64,000 bases of DNA from Octopus vulgaris (lineage: Eukaryota). Each line of letters opens with the position of its first letter. Within the stretch, counting starts at the first letter, position 1. Shown piece by piece: positions 17,444 to 64,000 of the stretch. The stretch covers positions 47,554,001 through 47,618,000 of the forward strand of contig OX597832.1 in assembly GCA_951406725.2 (NCBI GenBank). The letters run 5' to 3'. A program made the position numbers and the translations under genes. The notes below the pieces were generated by a model. The model had not been told where the DNA came from. It ran no database searches and was given only the letters and a program-made list of their open reading frames with translations.

Positions 17444-17660
17444 TCTTTACTCTTTTAATCTTTTACTTGTTTCAGTCATTTGACTGCGGCCATGCTGGAG
17501 CACCGCCTTTAGTCGAGAAAATCGACCCCGGGACTTACTCTATAAGTAAGCCCAGTACTTATTCTATCGGTCTCTTTTGCCGAACCGCTAAGTGACGGGG
17601 ACGTAAACACACCAGCATCGGTTGTCAAGCAATGCCAGGGGGACAAACACAGACACACAA

Positions 17661-17691
<31 letters not shown>

Positions 17692-18155
17692 CATACATAT
17701 ATATATACATGTATACGACAGGCTTCTTTCAGTTTCCGTCTACCAAATAAACTCACAAGGCATTGGTCGGCCCGGGACTATAGCAGAAGACACTTGCCCA
17801 AGATGCCACGCAGTGGGACTGAAGCCGGATGGAGGGATGGAGGGATGGATGGATGGATTCCCGGAAAATATATCTGACAATCGTGTCATAAGAATTCTAC
17901 AACACAATGGCTTAGGTCTTTTTTTTCTGGTGGTGTTCAGAAAATTGCGTGGGTTACATGCATATTCTTTGAACTGTTTGTTGTTCGTAAGTGGAGAGGA
18001 TGAAGTCTTCGATGGGCTTGTTGTATTTGGATCTGTTTGAAATGTTTTTCTAAGTCTCTTCACTTCTCTTTGTAAACGGAAACATGAGAAGAAAAACAGA
18101 AGGGAGGTAATGAGAATTCAAGTGACCCCAATATACATGGACACATACATATATA

Positions 18156-18524
18156 TCTCTCTATATATAAACGGCAGTTTGTCTGTGTGTGTTTCTGTGT
18201 GTCTGTTAGGTTGTACCCTCACCCTGACCACGGCTTTCAACCGATTCTGATGAAACTTGACACACACATAGCCCAATGTCATAATTCAAAGCTAACGCAG
18301 CGAAAATTTTCAAAAGTTCCCCCAGTTCTGAAAAAATCGATAAATTCGACATGGGGTCGAGAATCAGAAACACAAACCACAGACTGTCTAGGGGACGCAA
18401 CTCGACCTTTTTAACTAAAAAAAATTTACCATCATTTTTTTCCATTTTTTTGGCTATAACTCTCTAAAAATGCTTTATAGTTATTTCCCTTACAAACCCG
18501 AGCAACGCCGGGCGATACTGCTAG
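18156..18524 (+). mobile_element. Non-autonomous Helitron
   Basis: A|TC..TATATA start, 3' hairpin cccgagcaacgccggg, CTAG|T end. Confidence 0.82.
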
Positions 18525-18837
18525 TATATATATATTTATATCCTTCTATACATACATACAGACAAACAGACAGATAGATAAGCAGGCGAGAAGACAAGCA
18601 GGCAGCCAGGCCAATAGACAGAAAGATGAACATACGTTCTTATGTATATGTGTGCATATATGTGGACAAAAAAAAAGATAGCTGCTCGGTTAACAATTTT
18701 GCGCTTTTAAAATCATATTTCTGGTTTTAATTTTGCTATTCGGAACTACACCTTTTTGATATCAGTGTCTTTACGATACTGGAAAAGGGATAAGTATTTG
18801 CGAAGGGAACCTACTTTTCATCGACAACTGTAATTGT

Positions 18838-18882
18838 CACACGCCGATGACGGGTCAATACCCAGAAACTCGAGTCCGAGTG
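18838..18882 (+). ncRNA. Hammerhead motif with CCGAUGA core
   Basis: cacacg-CCGATGA-cgggt caat accca-GAAAC-tcga-GTC/cgagtg; second copy 36336-36380 has a perfect stem I (cgtgtg). Confidence 0.68.
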
Positions 18883-20723
18883 TATCATAAGTTGAAGACG
18901 GGAAGGATGGCTTCCCTTTGCAAATACTGATAGGGCACAGAAAGTGTGTCTAAAGCCAGCTGGAGGAGGTGTCCTCCTGGGGCTATAAACTACAGTAGCA
19001 TCCACCCTTAGGGGTTAGCCATATTTACATGGCAAATATACGTCACTTTTCGGAACCGGTTTTCTCGAAAAGCATCTTGTATTACGTCGAATACCACGAT
19101 TTCTCTACACAGGTGTAAATTTTAATTTATACCTATAACGATCGTGAGCCGATTACTCTAACCACTAAGCCACTCGCCTTCACATGCGTGTCTTTGTGTT
19201 TGTGCTCGCATGCCCTACACCACTTAATAACTGGTGTTGGTTTGTTTACGTCCCAGTAACTTAACAGTTCGGCAAAACAGAGGCGATAGAAGTATTACAA
19301 GACTTTTTTTTTTTTAATGATAAGTACTGGGGTTCAATTGCCTGACTAAAACCCTTCAAGGTGGTACTTACTTGTACTTGTGGCGACATTCACCCTGGGC
19401 GGGTTGAGTCGGCTTCTTCTACCACCCTCGAGGCATCTCGAACCATGGCAGTGGAAGAAGTTTCGTGGGAATATGAATTTCACAAGCGGTCCCCAACAAT
19501 CCCGCATGTGGAGACATCCTGTTTGCCGCAGATTGTCCGCAGACGCAGGGACAGAACGACCGAGGAGCCGCCGAGGATTTTCACCAGAGCCCCGTCTGCC
19601 GGGTTGTGGCCCTAATACCACTTGGTGGTGTCAGACCAATCCGCCTTGGGTGGCCTTACCAGGAACCGATGGCCGCAATTCAATGATTGAAACAAGTGGA
19701 AAATAAAAGATGAAGGAAAAAAAAAATCGATAACATTTAAAAATGAAAGACGGTGAATAATCGTCGTCGTGATCCCGGACGACGTCTTAATCAATGATAT
19801 CAGTTACGGCGTGGTTTTAAACGGTTTTAAAATTACGTTTTAGTCGCCTTGTTTATGTTGTACAGTTTGAAAAAGAAGAATAAAAAAATATTATTCGTAT
19901 CGTGAACGTAGATATTTTATCCTTTAATTAAACAGCCGCCGATGTCTCTATTTCTATCCAAACACCAACCAATTAAGTTAAGGTAAAAATAAAAAAAAAC
20001 TATAAGTAAATAATTAACCATCATGAACACATTATTTATTCTTGTTTTTATTTTTTTATTTTTATTTATTTTATTTTTGCCTCGGTGCTATAATAGAAAT
20101 TCTTATTAATGTTTTTGTTTGTTTTTTTGTTTTTTTTGTTTTTTAAAAAAAAGCATCCACTTCCAGACACTTTATGATTAGGTCTGTTACTTTACAGAAA
20201 GCTTTGGTTATTTATTACTTTAGATACATAAATAATCTAGTAATCTATGCGGCTGATTGCGTTATATTTGTTGCCCGGTTGTTGGTTGGTTGGTTGGTTG
20301 GCTTGCTGGCTGGTTGGTTGGTTGGTTGGCTAGGTAGCTGGGTGGCTGGGTAGCTGGGTGGCTGGTCGGCTTATTGGGTGGCTGACTAATTGGTTTGTTG
20401 TTTGGAATTGTCGGTAGACTGGAAGTTGAATGAGAGAACATCAAGTGCATTATACGCCGTTGTTGCGTGTATGTATATGTGTGTGTGTATGCATGTATGT
20501 ATGTATGTATGTACGTATTCATGTATATAATATATATACACATGCATTCACATATATATATACATTATATATATTCACATATTCATATATATTAGCATAT
20601 ATATATATGTTATATACATTTTTGTGGATCTTATCTTAACGCAAACGTTTATGTGACCTCGTGTGTACCGTTGACGATTTTTTTCCCTCTGTCTTCCCTT
20701 CTCTGGATATTTCCTTCTCCTAT

Positions 20724-20758
20724 GTTTCCGACGAAGAGCTCCGCTCGAAACGTTAAAC
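20724..20758 (+). ncRNA. Minimal hammerhead-like motif, CCGACGA core
   Basis: gttt-CCGACGA-a-gagc tcc gctc-GAAA-CG-TT/aaac. Confidence 0.6.
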
Positions 20759-20889
20759 CCTCCTTCTTTCCTTCTTTCCTGAGCGTCCAATAATACTATA
20801 TTTGTTCCACGTCCTCGCGTTGTTGTGTTTTTTTTTTGTGCTTTCTTGTTTGGATTAACTATATATATATATATATAATGTTAATCCAA

Positions 20890-20929
<40 letters not shown>

Positions 20930-21343
20930 TCTTTTACTCTTTTACTTGTTTCAATCATTTGACTGCGGCCATGCTGGAGCATCGCCTTTAGTCGTTCAAA
21001 TCGACCCCAGGACTTATTCTTTGTAAGCCTAGTACTTATTTTATCGGTCTCTTTGCCGAACCACTAAGTTATGGCGACCTAAACACACCAGCATCGGTTG
21101 TCAAGCGATGTTGGGAGAACAAACACAGACACACAAACATATACACACATACATACATACATACATATATATACATTTATACGACGGGCTTCTTTCAGTT
21201 TCCGTCTATCAAATCCACTCACAAGGCTTTGGTCGACCCAAGGCTATAGTAGAAGACACTTGCCCAAGGTGCCACGCAGTGGGACTGAACCCGGAACCAT
21301 GTGGTTGGTAAGCAAGCTACTTACCACACAGCCACTTCTGCGC

Positions 21344-21421
<78 letters not shown>

Positions 21422-21579
21422 CGAAGTTTAAAAGTGTTTAGTTACGTGGAAATTATTTTTAAAAAACTGCCGTTTAAACCGAAAAGATCCAAAAACTCTT
21501 GTAATACTTCTATCGCTCCTGTTTTGCCGAACTGTTAAGATACTGGAACGTAAACAAACCAACACCAGTTATATATATA

Positions 21580-21810
21580 TATCGAAACATAAAGTAGATG
21601 AAACCATAGCGACTGAAGAAGGGTGTTTTTCTTTGTGTTAATTGTCCTGTACACTATTTTTTTGTTGTTTAAAAAATGTCCAGTTCCTTGGGTTTGTGTC
21701 TATGTTTTCGTTTCTCATTGTGTTCGACGTCTTTTTGGTGTCCTGTACTCATATATGCGTGTATATGTACATGTAGAGGTAGGTACGTACATATATGTTT
21801 ATATATATGC
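21580..21810 (+). repeat. Unclassified interspersed repeat (inverted relative at 28640-28930)
   Basis: Shared gaagaagggg..tttctcatt..gtgtc(c/t)tgtac..catatatgc..gtaggta segments; both next to (TA)n. Confidence 0.6.
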
Positions 21811-22274
21811 ATATGTTTTATTTATTAATATATATATATAGTAAACGTTTGCGTTAAGGTAAGATCCACAAAAAAGTACTCTATCCGATAAGGATTTCGC
21901 CCGGCGTGCTAACGATTCTGCCGACTCACCCACCGCCTTATCCCACGGTCAAAATAGTTTCATCGAAAACGAAACAAAAGGGAAGTTAAAGTAAGAAAAT
22001 GAAATAGTTTGTCTCTCCTTCTACGTTGCTAATAAAGGCTTCGTTTTCTAATTTTATAGACTATCAGCTTAACGAAGCAACAATAAATGTGTATAAAGAA
22101 AGTCGACTTGGTGCGGAGGGGGGGAAGAATTTTGCAACGATGTGACAGAATTTCAAAATGTCAGCTATAACTCTCTTAACTAATCTTAACAATTTTTGGC
22201 ATACCTCCACTACTTGTGTTAATTTTTTCATAAAATGTCACAAGTAGATCTGAAATATTATAGTTCATGAACTG

Positions 22275-22275
<1 letters not shown>

Positions 22276-22337
<62 letters not shown>

Positions 22338-22365
22338 GAGAAAGAAAGAAAGAAAGAAAGTATTA

Positions 22366-22397
<32 letters not shown>

Positions 22398-22505
22398 CAG
22401 AAAGAAAGAAAGAAAAAAAGAAGGAAAGAAAGAAAGACAGAAAGAAAAAAAGAAGGAAAAAAGAAAGAAAGAAAGAAAGAAGGAAAGAAAGAAAGAGAGA
22501 AAGAA

Positions 22506-22538
<33 letters not shown>

Positions 22539-22600
22539 AAGAAAGAAAGAAAGAAAAAGAAAGAAAGAAAGAGAGAATGAAAGAAAGAAAGAAAGAAAGC
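22276..22600. repeat. (AAAG)n microsatellite
   Basis: Direct reading. Confidence 0.95.
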
Positions 22601-22978
22601 AAAAATAAAATATTTTTAATTGCTCAAAGTTCATTGCAGAGAAACCAATTGGCCTTAATACCTAGAATCGTTTGATCGTTGGAAAAAATGACTTGAGATT
22701 TTTTACTCCGGTTGGTTACGTTCTGAGTTTAGCACCAGCCGAGGTCAACTTATCCTTTCATCCTTTGAGGATGGCCGCAGTCCAATGACTGAAGCGGGTA
22801 AAAGGTGAAAGATATAGGCGCAGGAGTGGCTGTGTGGTAAGTAGCTTGCTAACCAACCACATGGTTCCGAGTTCAGTCCCACTGCGTGGCATCTTGGGCA
22901 AGTGCCTTCTGCTATAGCCCCGGGCCGACCAATGCCTTGTGAGTGGATTTGGTAGACGGAAACTGAAAGAAGCCTGTC

Positions 22979-23039
<61 letters not shown>

Positions 23040-23040
23040 T

Positions 23041-23089
<49 letters not shown>

Positions 23090-23604
23090 TGTGTTTGTAT
23101 GTGTTTGTGTGTCTGTGTTTGTCCCCCTAGCATCGCTTGACAACCGATGCTGGTGTGTTTACGTCCCCGTCACTTAGCGGTTCGGCAAAAGAGACCGATA
23201 GAATAAGTACTGGGCTTACAAAGAATAAGGCGGTGCTCCAGCATGGCCGCAGTCAAATGACTGAAACAAGTGAAAGAAAAAAAAATGTGACTGATGCTCG
23301 GGATGGATCATAATCTGTTATCGTCACTTAAAACCTGCCCGAAATCACTGGTCTTCTGCCAACATTTGAAAATATTATTGATCGAATCTTTATGGTCCTG
23401 CAACAAAGCATAAACGATAAACTATAGACGCAGGCATGATTTTGTAGTTATGACGTTCGAGTTCTGTCCTACTGTGCGGCGTCTTGGACAAATGTCTTCT
23501 ACAATAGCTCCGGATCGACCAATGTCTGGTGACTGAATTTGTATACATGTGTGTGTATGTATGTATGTATGTATGTATGTATGTATGTATGTATGTATGT
23601 ATGT

Positions 23605-23795
23605 ATGGGAAGGTTTACGAAAATAAACAAAAGACGAAGGCAGGTGGAGTACAAACAAACAACTGTATTAGTATGGCGCTCAGGAATAGAAATAGAACAA
23701 GTCTTTTACGTTTCGAGCCTACGCCCTTCGACAGAAAGATACACAGAAAAGAAACAAGGAGAGAAAAAATGCGTGTAGGAGCTAACGGTCTATCA
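23605..23795 (-). mobile_element. Short repeat of about 190 bp carrying a hammerhead-like motif with CUGUNGA core
   Basis: Motif 23702-23739(-): tcttt-CTGTCGA-a-gggc gtag gctc-GAAA-CG-TA/aaaga. Copies 32082-32278(-) and 55427-55588(+). Confidence 0.75.
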
Positions 23796-23918
23796 TCCTA
23801 CATTCTACCACTACCACTACCAACTCTTACCTCTCCACTGTTTTTTTTTTTTTACCTCTAAGGACACCTACCCTCTGGCTGCACCTCTCCTACACGGATC
23901 AAAGTGACTTTGTTATTG

Positions 23919-23959
<41 letters not shown>

Positions 23960-24964
23960 GACGGATGAAATACCTATTTCTTTACTACCCACAAGGGGCT
24001 AAACACAGAGGGGACAAACAAGGACAGACAAACGGATTAAGTAGATTATATCGACCCCAGTGCATAACTGGTACTTATTGAACTCAGAACGCAGTGGAAG
24101 ACGAAATACCTATTTCTTTACTACCCACAAGGGGCTAAGCACAGAGGGGACAAACAAGGACAGACAAACGGATTAAATCGATTATATCGACCCCAGTGCG
24201 TAACTAGTACTTATTTTATCGACCCCGAAAGGATGAAAGGCAAAGTCGACCTCGACGGAATTTGAACTCAGAACGTAGCGGCCGACGAAATACTGCCAAG
24301 CATTTTGCCTCGGCGTGATAACGATTTTGCCAGTTCGCCATCTTCTAGATCTGATTAATAATGGCTCTCGAAATAATTGCATTCCACATACGTTGTCTTC
24401 GAGCATTGGTCGTTCTTACCAAAACAATGGCTTGAGAAAGATTGCATAAAATATCCTACATTTAACTACGAAGCTTTCTTAGATAAACAGAGTTAAAGGA
24501 TCTTACCCAATCTAATAAGCAACTATGAATCGCAACGTCCATTTATTACATATAATGTAATAATACAACAATGTCTCACGACAGCTACCTTTGTCGAGTG
24601 CCGCTTACTTCCTACTTTACGTAACAGTCATTTATATTATCCGTGCATTCAGCTGTTGTTTCGGTTACATTTCAATTACCTGCTGCTTTATTGCAACTGT
24701 CAATCAGACAGGGGCCCTTTGTCAGAATTACTCTTCTCACAGCTTCCTTTGGTTGTAAAAGTTTGATTAAAACCTGAATAACCACTGAACGTCCACTTAC
24801 TTCCTAGACATTTTAGGACTGTCTTTTTGTTTTGATGTTGCTTGCTTAAACGACATTATAAATTTTAACATTCCCTTTTAATTTAGTGATTTTGTGTCGT
24901 AAATTTAAATCAAGGTTGCCCCGTGTACAACGTCACTTCAATTCACACACACACACACATACAT

Positions 24965-24996
<32 letters not shown>

Positions 24997-25032
24997 GTAT
25001 GTCTATTTTTTCTTTTTTAAATTTATAGTATA

Positions 25033-25419
25033 CTAGCAGTATCGCCCGGCGTTGCTCGGGTTTGTTTCAACCCTTTACAATTGGAATTTTTGAAAAGTAA
25101 AAATTTTGCATTATGTAGTTTGTTATTTTCTTTAGGAGAACATTTTCCTTGTTGAAATACACCGAAAAATGGCGATATAGCTGTCAAAATATCGTAAAAA
25201 ATAGGGATTTTCACAGAAAAATAGCACCTTTTTTATGTAAATAATTTTTGGTGTAAACATGGTCCGATTTGAATTTTTTCTTCTACGGAAGGAAGAGCAA
25301 GCCTTCTTCTATCATACTCTCAATTTTGGTCAACTTGCGCCGCAGGGTCTCGGGGAGATAGTGTTAGTTGAAGGCTACCAAACCTGCAATACACAGACAA
25401 CTTCAGCTTTATATATAGA
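25033..25419 (-). mobile_element. Non-autonomous Helitron, second subfamily
   Basis: TC...hairpin..CTAG between A and T; near-identical copy 35016-35408(-); 3' fragment 60971-61040(-). Confidence 0.85.
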
Positions 25420-25479
25420 TTTTAACCGGCCAACGATTTGGTGGCAAGGTTGTGAAGGAAAGTATCATGGTTCAACCGC

Positions 25480-25750
25480 CATTCTTTAAATCTTAGGAAG
25501 GTCTTGCAGATTTTTATAGTCCCAGATATCGTGATCATCTGTAGCTTACGAATTGAGGATTTGCATTATCTCCTCAAGATTCCAAGTCCGACCATACTTT
25601 GCTCCAGACGGGTCGGTATGTATCTTGTTGCTCCAATAATAATGGGTATGAAGCTGAAAGTGTATATTGAGTACTGGACTTGCAAACTCCTTACCAATGG
25701 TCTATAGATCTCCTCTGTCTCTTGTATTTTTCTAACCACATATGCGTTTC
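25480..25750 (-). mobile_element. 3' end of an RLE-type non-LTR retrotransposon (decayed)
   Basis: On -: IYRPLVRSLQVQYSIYTFSFIPIIIGA..IRKLQMITISGTIKICKTF. Confidence 0.7.
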
Positions 25751-26453
25751 TGTATTTTCCCCCTCCCCCATCACATGGCTACTAGTGTTGGTTGTTAGTT
25801 TACGTTCCTGTAACTTAGTCGTTCGACAAAAGTACTAGACTTTAAAAAAAATTTAATAAAGGAGTGGCTGTGTGGTAAGTAGCTTGTTTACCAACCACAT
25901 GGTTTCGGGTCCAGTCCCACTGCGTGGCACTTTGAGCAAGTGTCTTCTACTATAGCCTCGGGTCGACCAAAGCCTTGTGAGTGGATTTGGTAGAAGGAAA
26001 CTGAAAGAAGCCCGTCGTATATATGTATATATGTGTGTATGTGTGTGTGTATATGTTTGTGTGTCTGTGTTTGTCCCCCCTCCCAACATCGCTTGACAAC
26101 CGATGCTGGTGTGTTTACGTCCCCGTAACTTAGCGGTTCGGCAAAAGAGTCCGATAGAATAAGTACTAGGCTTACAAAGAATAAGTCCTGGGGTCGATTT
26201 TCTCGACTAAAGGCAATGCTCCAGCATGGCCACAGTCAAATGACTGAAACAAGTAAAAGAGTAAAAGAGTATATACTTGATCAATTTCTTCGACTAAAAC
26301 TCTTCAAGGCGTTGCTCCAGCATGACTGCAGTTAAATGAATGAAACAACTAAAAAAGATTAAAATAATTTTTTTTTTTAAACTATTAATTAATTTATTTA
26401 TTATTCATTTATCCTTTTTGTTTTTTTTTTGTTTTTTATCAACAGGACCCATA

Positions 26454-62698
<36,245 letters not shown>

Positions 62699-63061
62699 GT
62701 ACAGAAAAATATTCTCCATTTTTTTTTCTCTTTTATCTTTTGTTTGTTTCAGTCACCATACCGCGGCCATGCTGGGGCACCGCCTTGAAGAATTTTCAGT
62801 CGAAAGAATCAACTCCAATATTTATTTTTTATTTTTATTATTTTTTTTTTTGTTGCTGTTTTGTTTTAAGCCTGGTACTTATTTTATCGGGTTCTTTTTG
62901 CCGAACTGCTAAGTTACGGGGGTGGGGGGCATAAACACATCGACACCAGCTGTTAAGCGGTAGCGAGGGACAAACACAAGTACAGAACACACACACACGC
63001 ACGCACACATACATATACGAAGGGCTTCTTTCAGTTTCCGTCGGCCAGATCCACTCACAAA

Positions 63062-63387
63062 TAGCAACCAAACAGGTAGAAAGAGCTGTTCTTCACTCCT
63101 GCTCCAGAGCGTCGGCTGCGGGGTCACTCCGAGAAGCTCTATCTGCGACGATTTCATCTCAATCGAAGGAGAGGGGCTTTCTCCGTCCGGGTTGCGGATC
63201 CGTGAAATAAGCTGCCGGACGAGATAGTGAAGATGCCGACGACCGCTCGGTTCAAAGTTCTCTTGACCAGAAATGGCCTGAACTCTTTGCATGAACACCC
63301 TCCCTGTACATAACTCCATGTCCCCCTACATGGCTTTGCTTTTTGCTTTTTGAGCCAAAAAATCAACTTAACTTAATTTAACTTAAT
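63062..63387 (+). mobile_element. CR1-like LINE 3' end, (AACTT)n tail
   Basis: RLRGHSEKLYLRRFHLNRRRGAFSVRVADP*NKLPDEIV; same tail at 33355-33420. Confidence 0.8.
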
Positions 63388-64000
63388 CAGATATTCTCCC
63401 GCTCGGTTGTTGAAGTACTTTACTTGTTGAGGTTCTTTACCTTTTAGTGATGCCATTTTTGTTTTGTGATCATAAATGATCCCAGAATACGTTTCACTGT
63501 TCTGTGCTGGAACAATAAAAGATTTTATATTTAAGTAAGGACATGAGAGAGAGAAATATACAAATCAGTGGTTTCCAAACAAATTTGAGCATTTTAGCTG
63601 AGGATTGCCAGCAAGCATATTGTTGAAGTATACAATGCCCCTATTGTTTACAGAGTTAAATTTGGTTTAATAATATCTAGCAATTAGCTCGGCTGGGTCA
63701 CTGAGTTTTAAACACCTCTGATGAGACGTTATTGTTTTATTTATTTCACTCATTGGACTACGACCAACTGGGAGACACCGCATTAAAGGGTCTAACAAAT
63801 CGCCCCAATTTTTTTGAAGTCTGATACTTTACCTATCAATTTTTTTTTTCGCCGAACTACTAAGAGGCCATGAACAATCGGTGGTGCCCCAGCATGGCCG
63901 CGGCTCTCGGGCTAAAACATTTTTTAAGATTTTAAGGATTTAACCGGCAACAGCTGTCAAGGAGTAAGGGCGCTCTGTGATTACGAAACAAACTTCTTTA

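Noticed and set aside
26340-26453. Upstream start of the 173-aa ORF
   Set aside because: Lies in a SINE tail and polypyrimidine tract before the acceptor; ATG 26454 fits a signal peptide.
63717-63760. CTGATGAG core
   Set aside because: No stem II/GAAA partner downstream.

Overview
Eukaryotic, AT-rich, microsatellite-saturated DNA whose SINE and microsatellite make-up points to an octopus genome (inference). Almost all listed ORFs are microsatellite artefacts. The one real gene is a + strand plasma-membrane-type Na+/H+ exchanger (SLC9A/NHE family). I reconstructed 18 coding exons (26454-62698, 565 codons, all GT-AG and phase-consistent); the gene continues past the window end and has an unlocated upstream non-coding exon. 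The rest is tRNA-derived SINEs, 3' fragments of RTE, CR1 and RLE-type LINEs, non-autonomous Helitrons, and hAT, Tigger, mariner and piggyBac relics. The main unexplained signal is about 13 type I hammerhead-ribozyme motifs from about 8 unrelated sequence families, in short non-coding modules mostly docked at (TA)n tracts and often folded back into palindromes, resembling Penelope-like pLTR relics. Several share recurrent non-canonical cores (CCGA, CUGU), and one fully canonical motif lies in sense orientation in NHE intron 10. All structure calls were made by eye and no activity has been tested.
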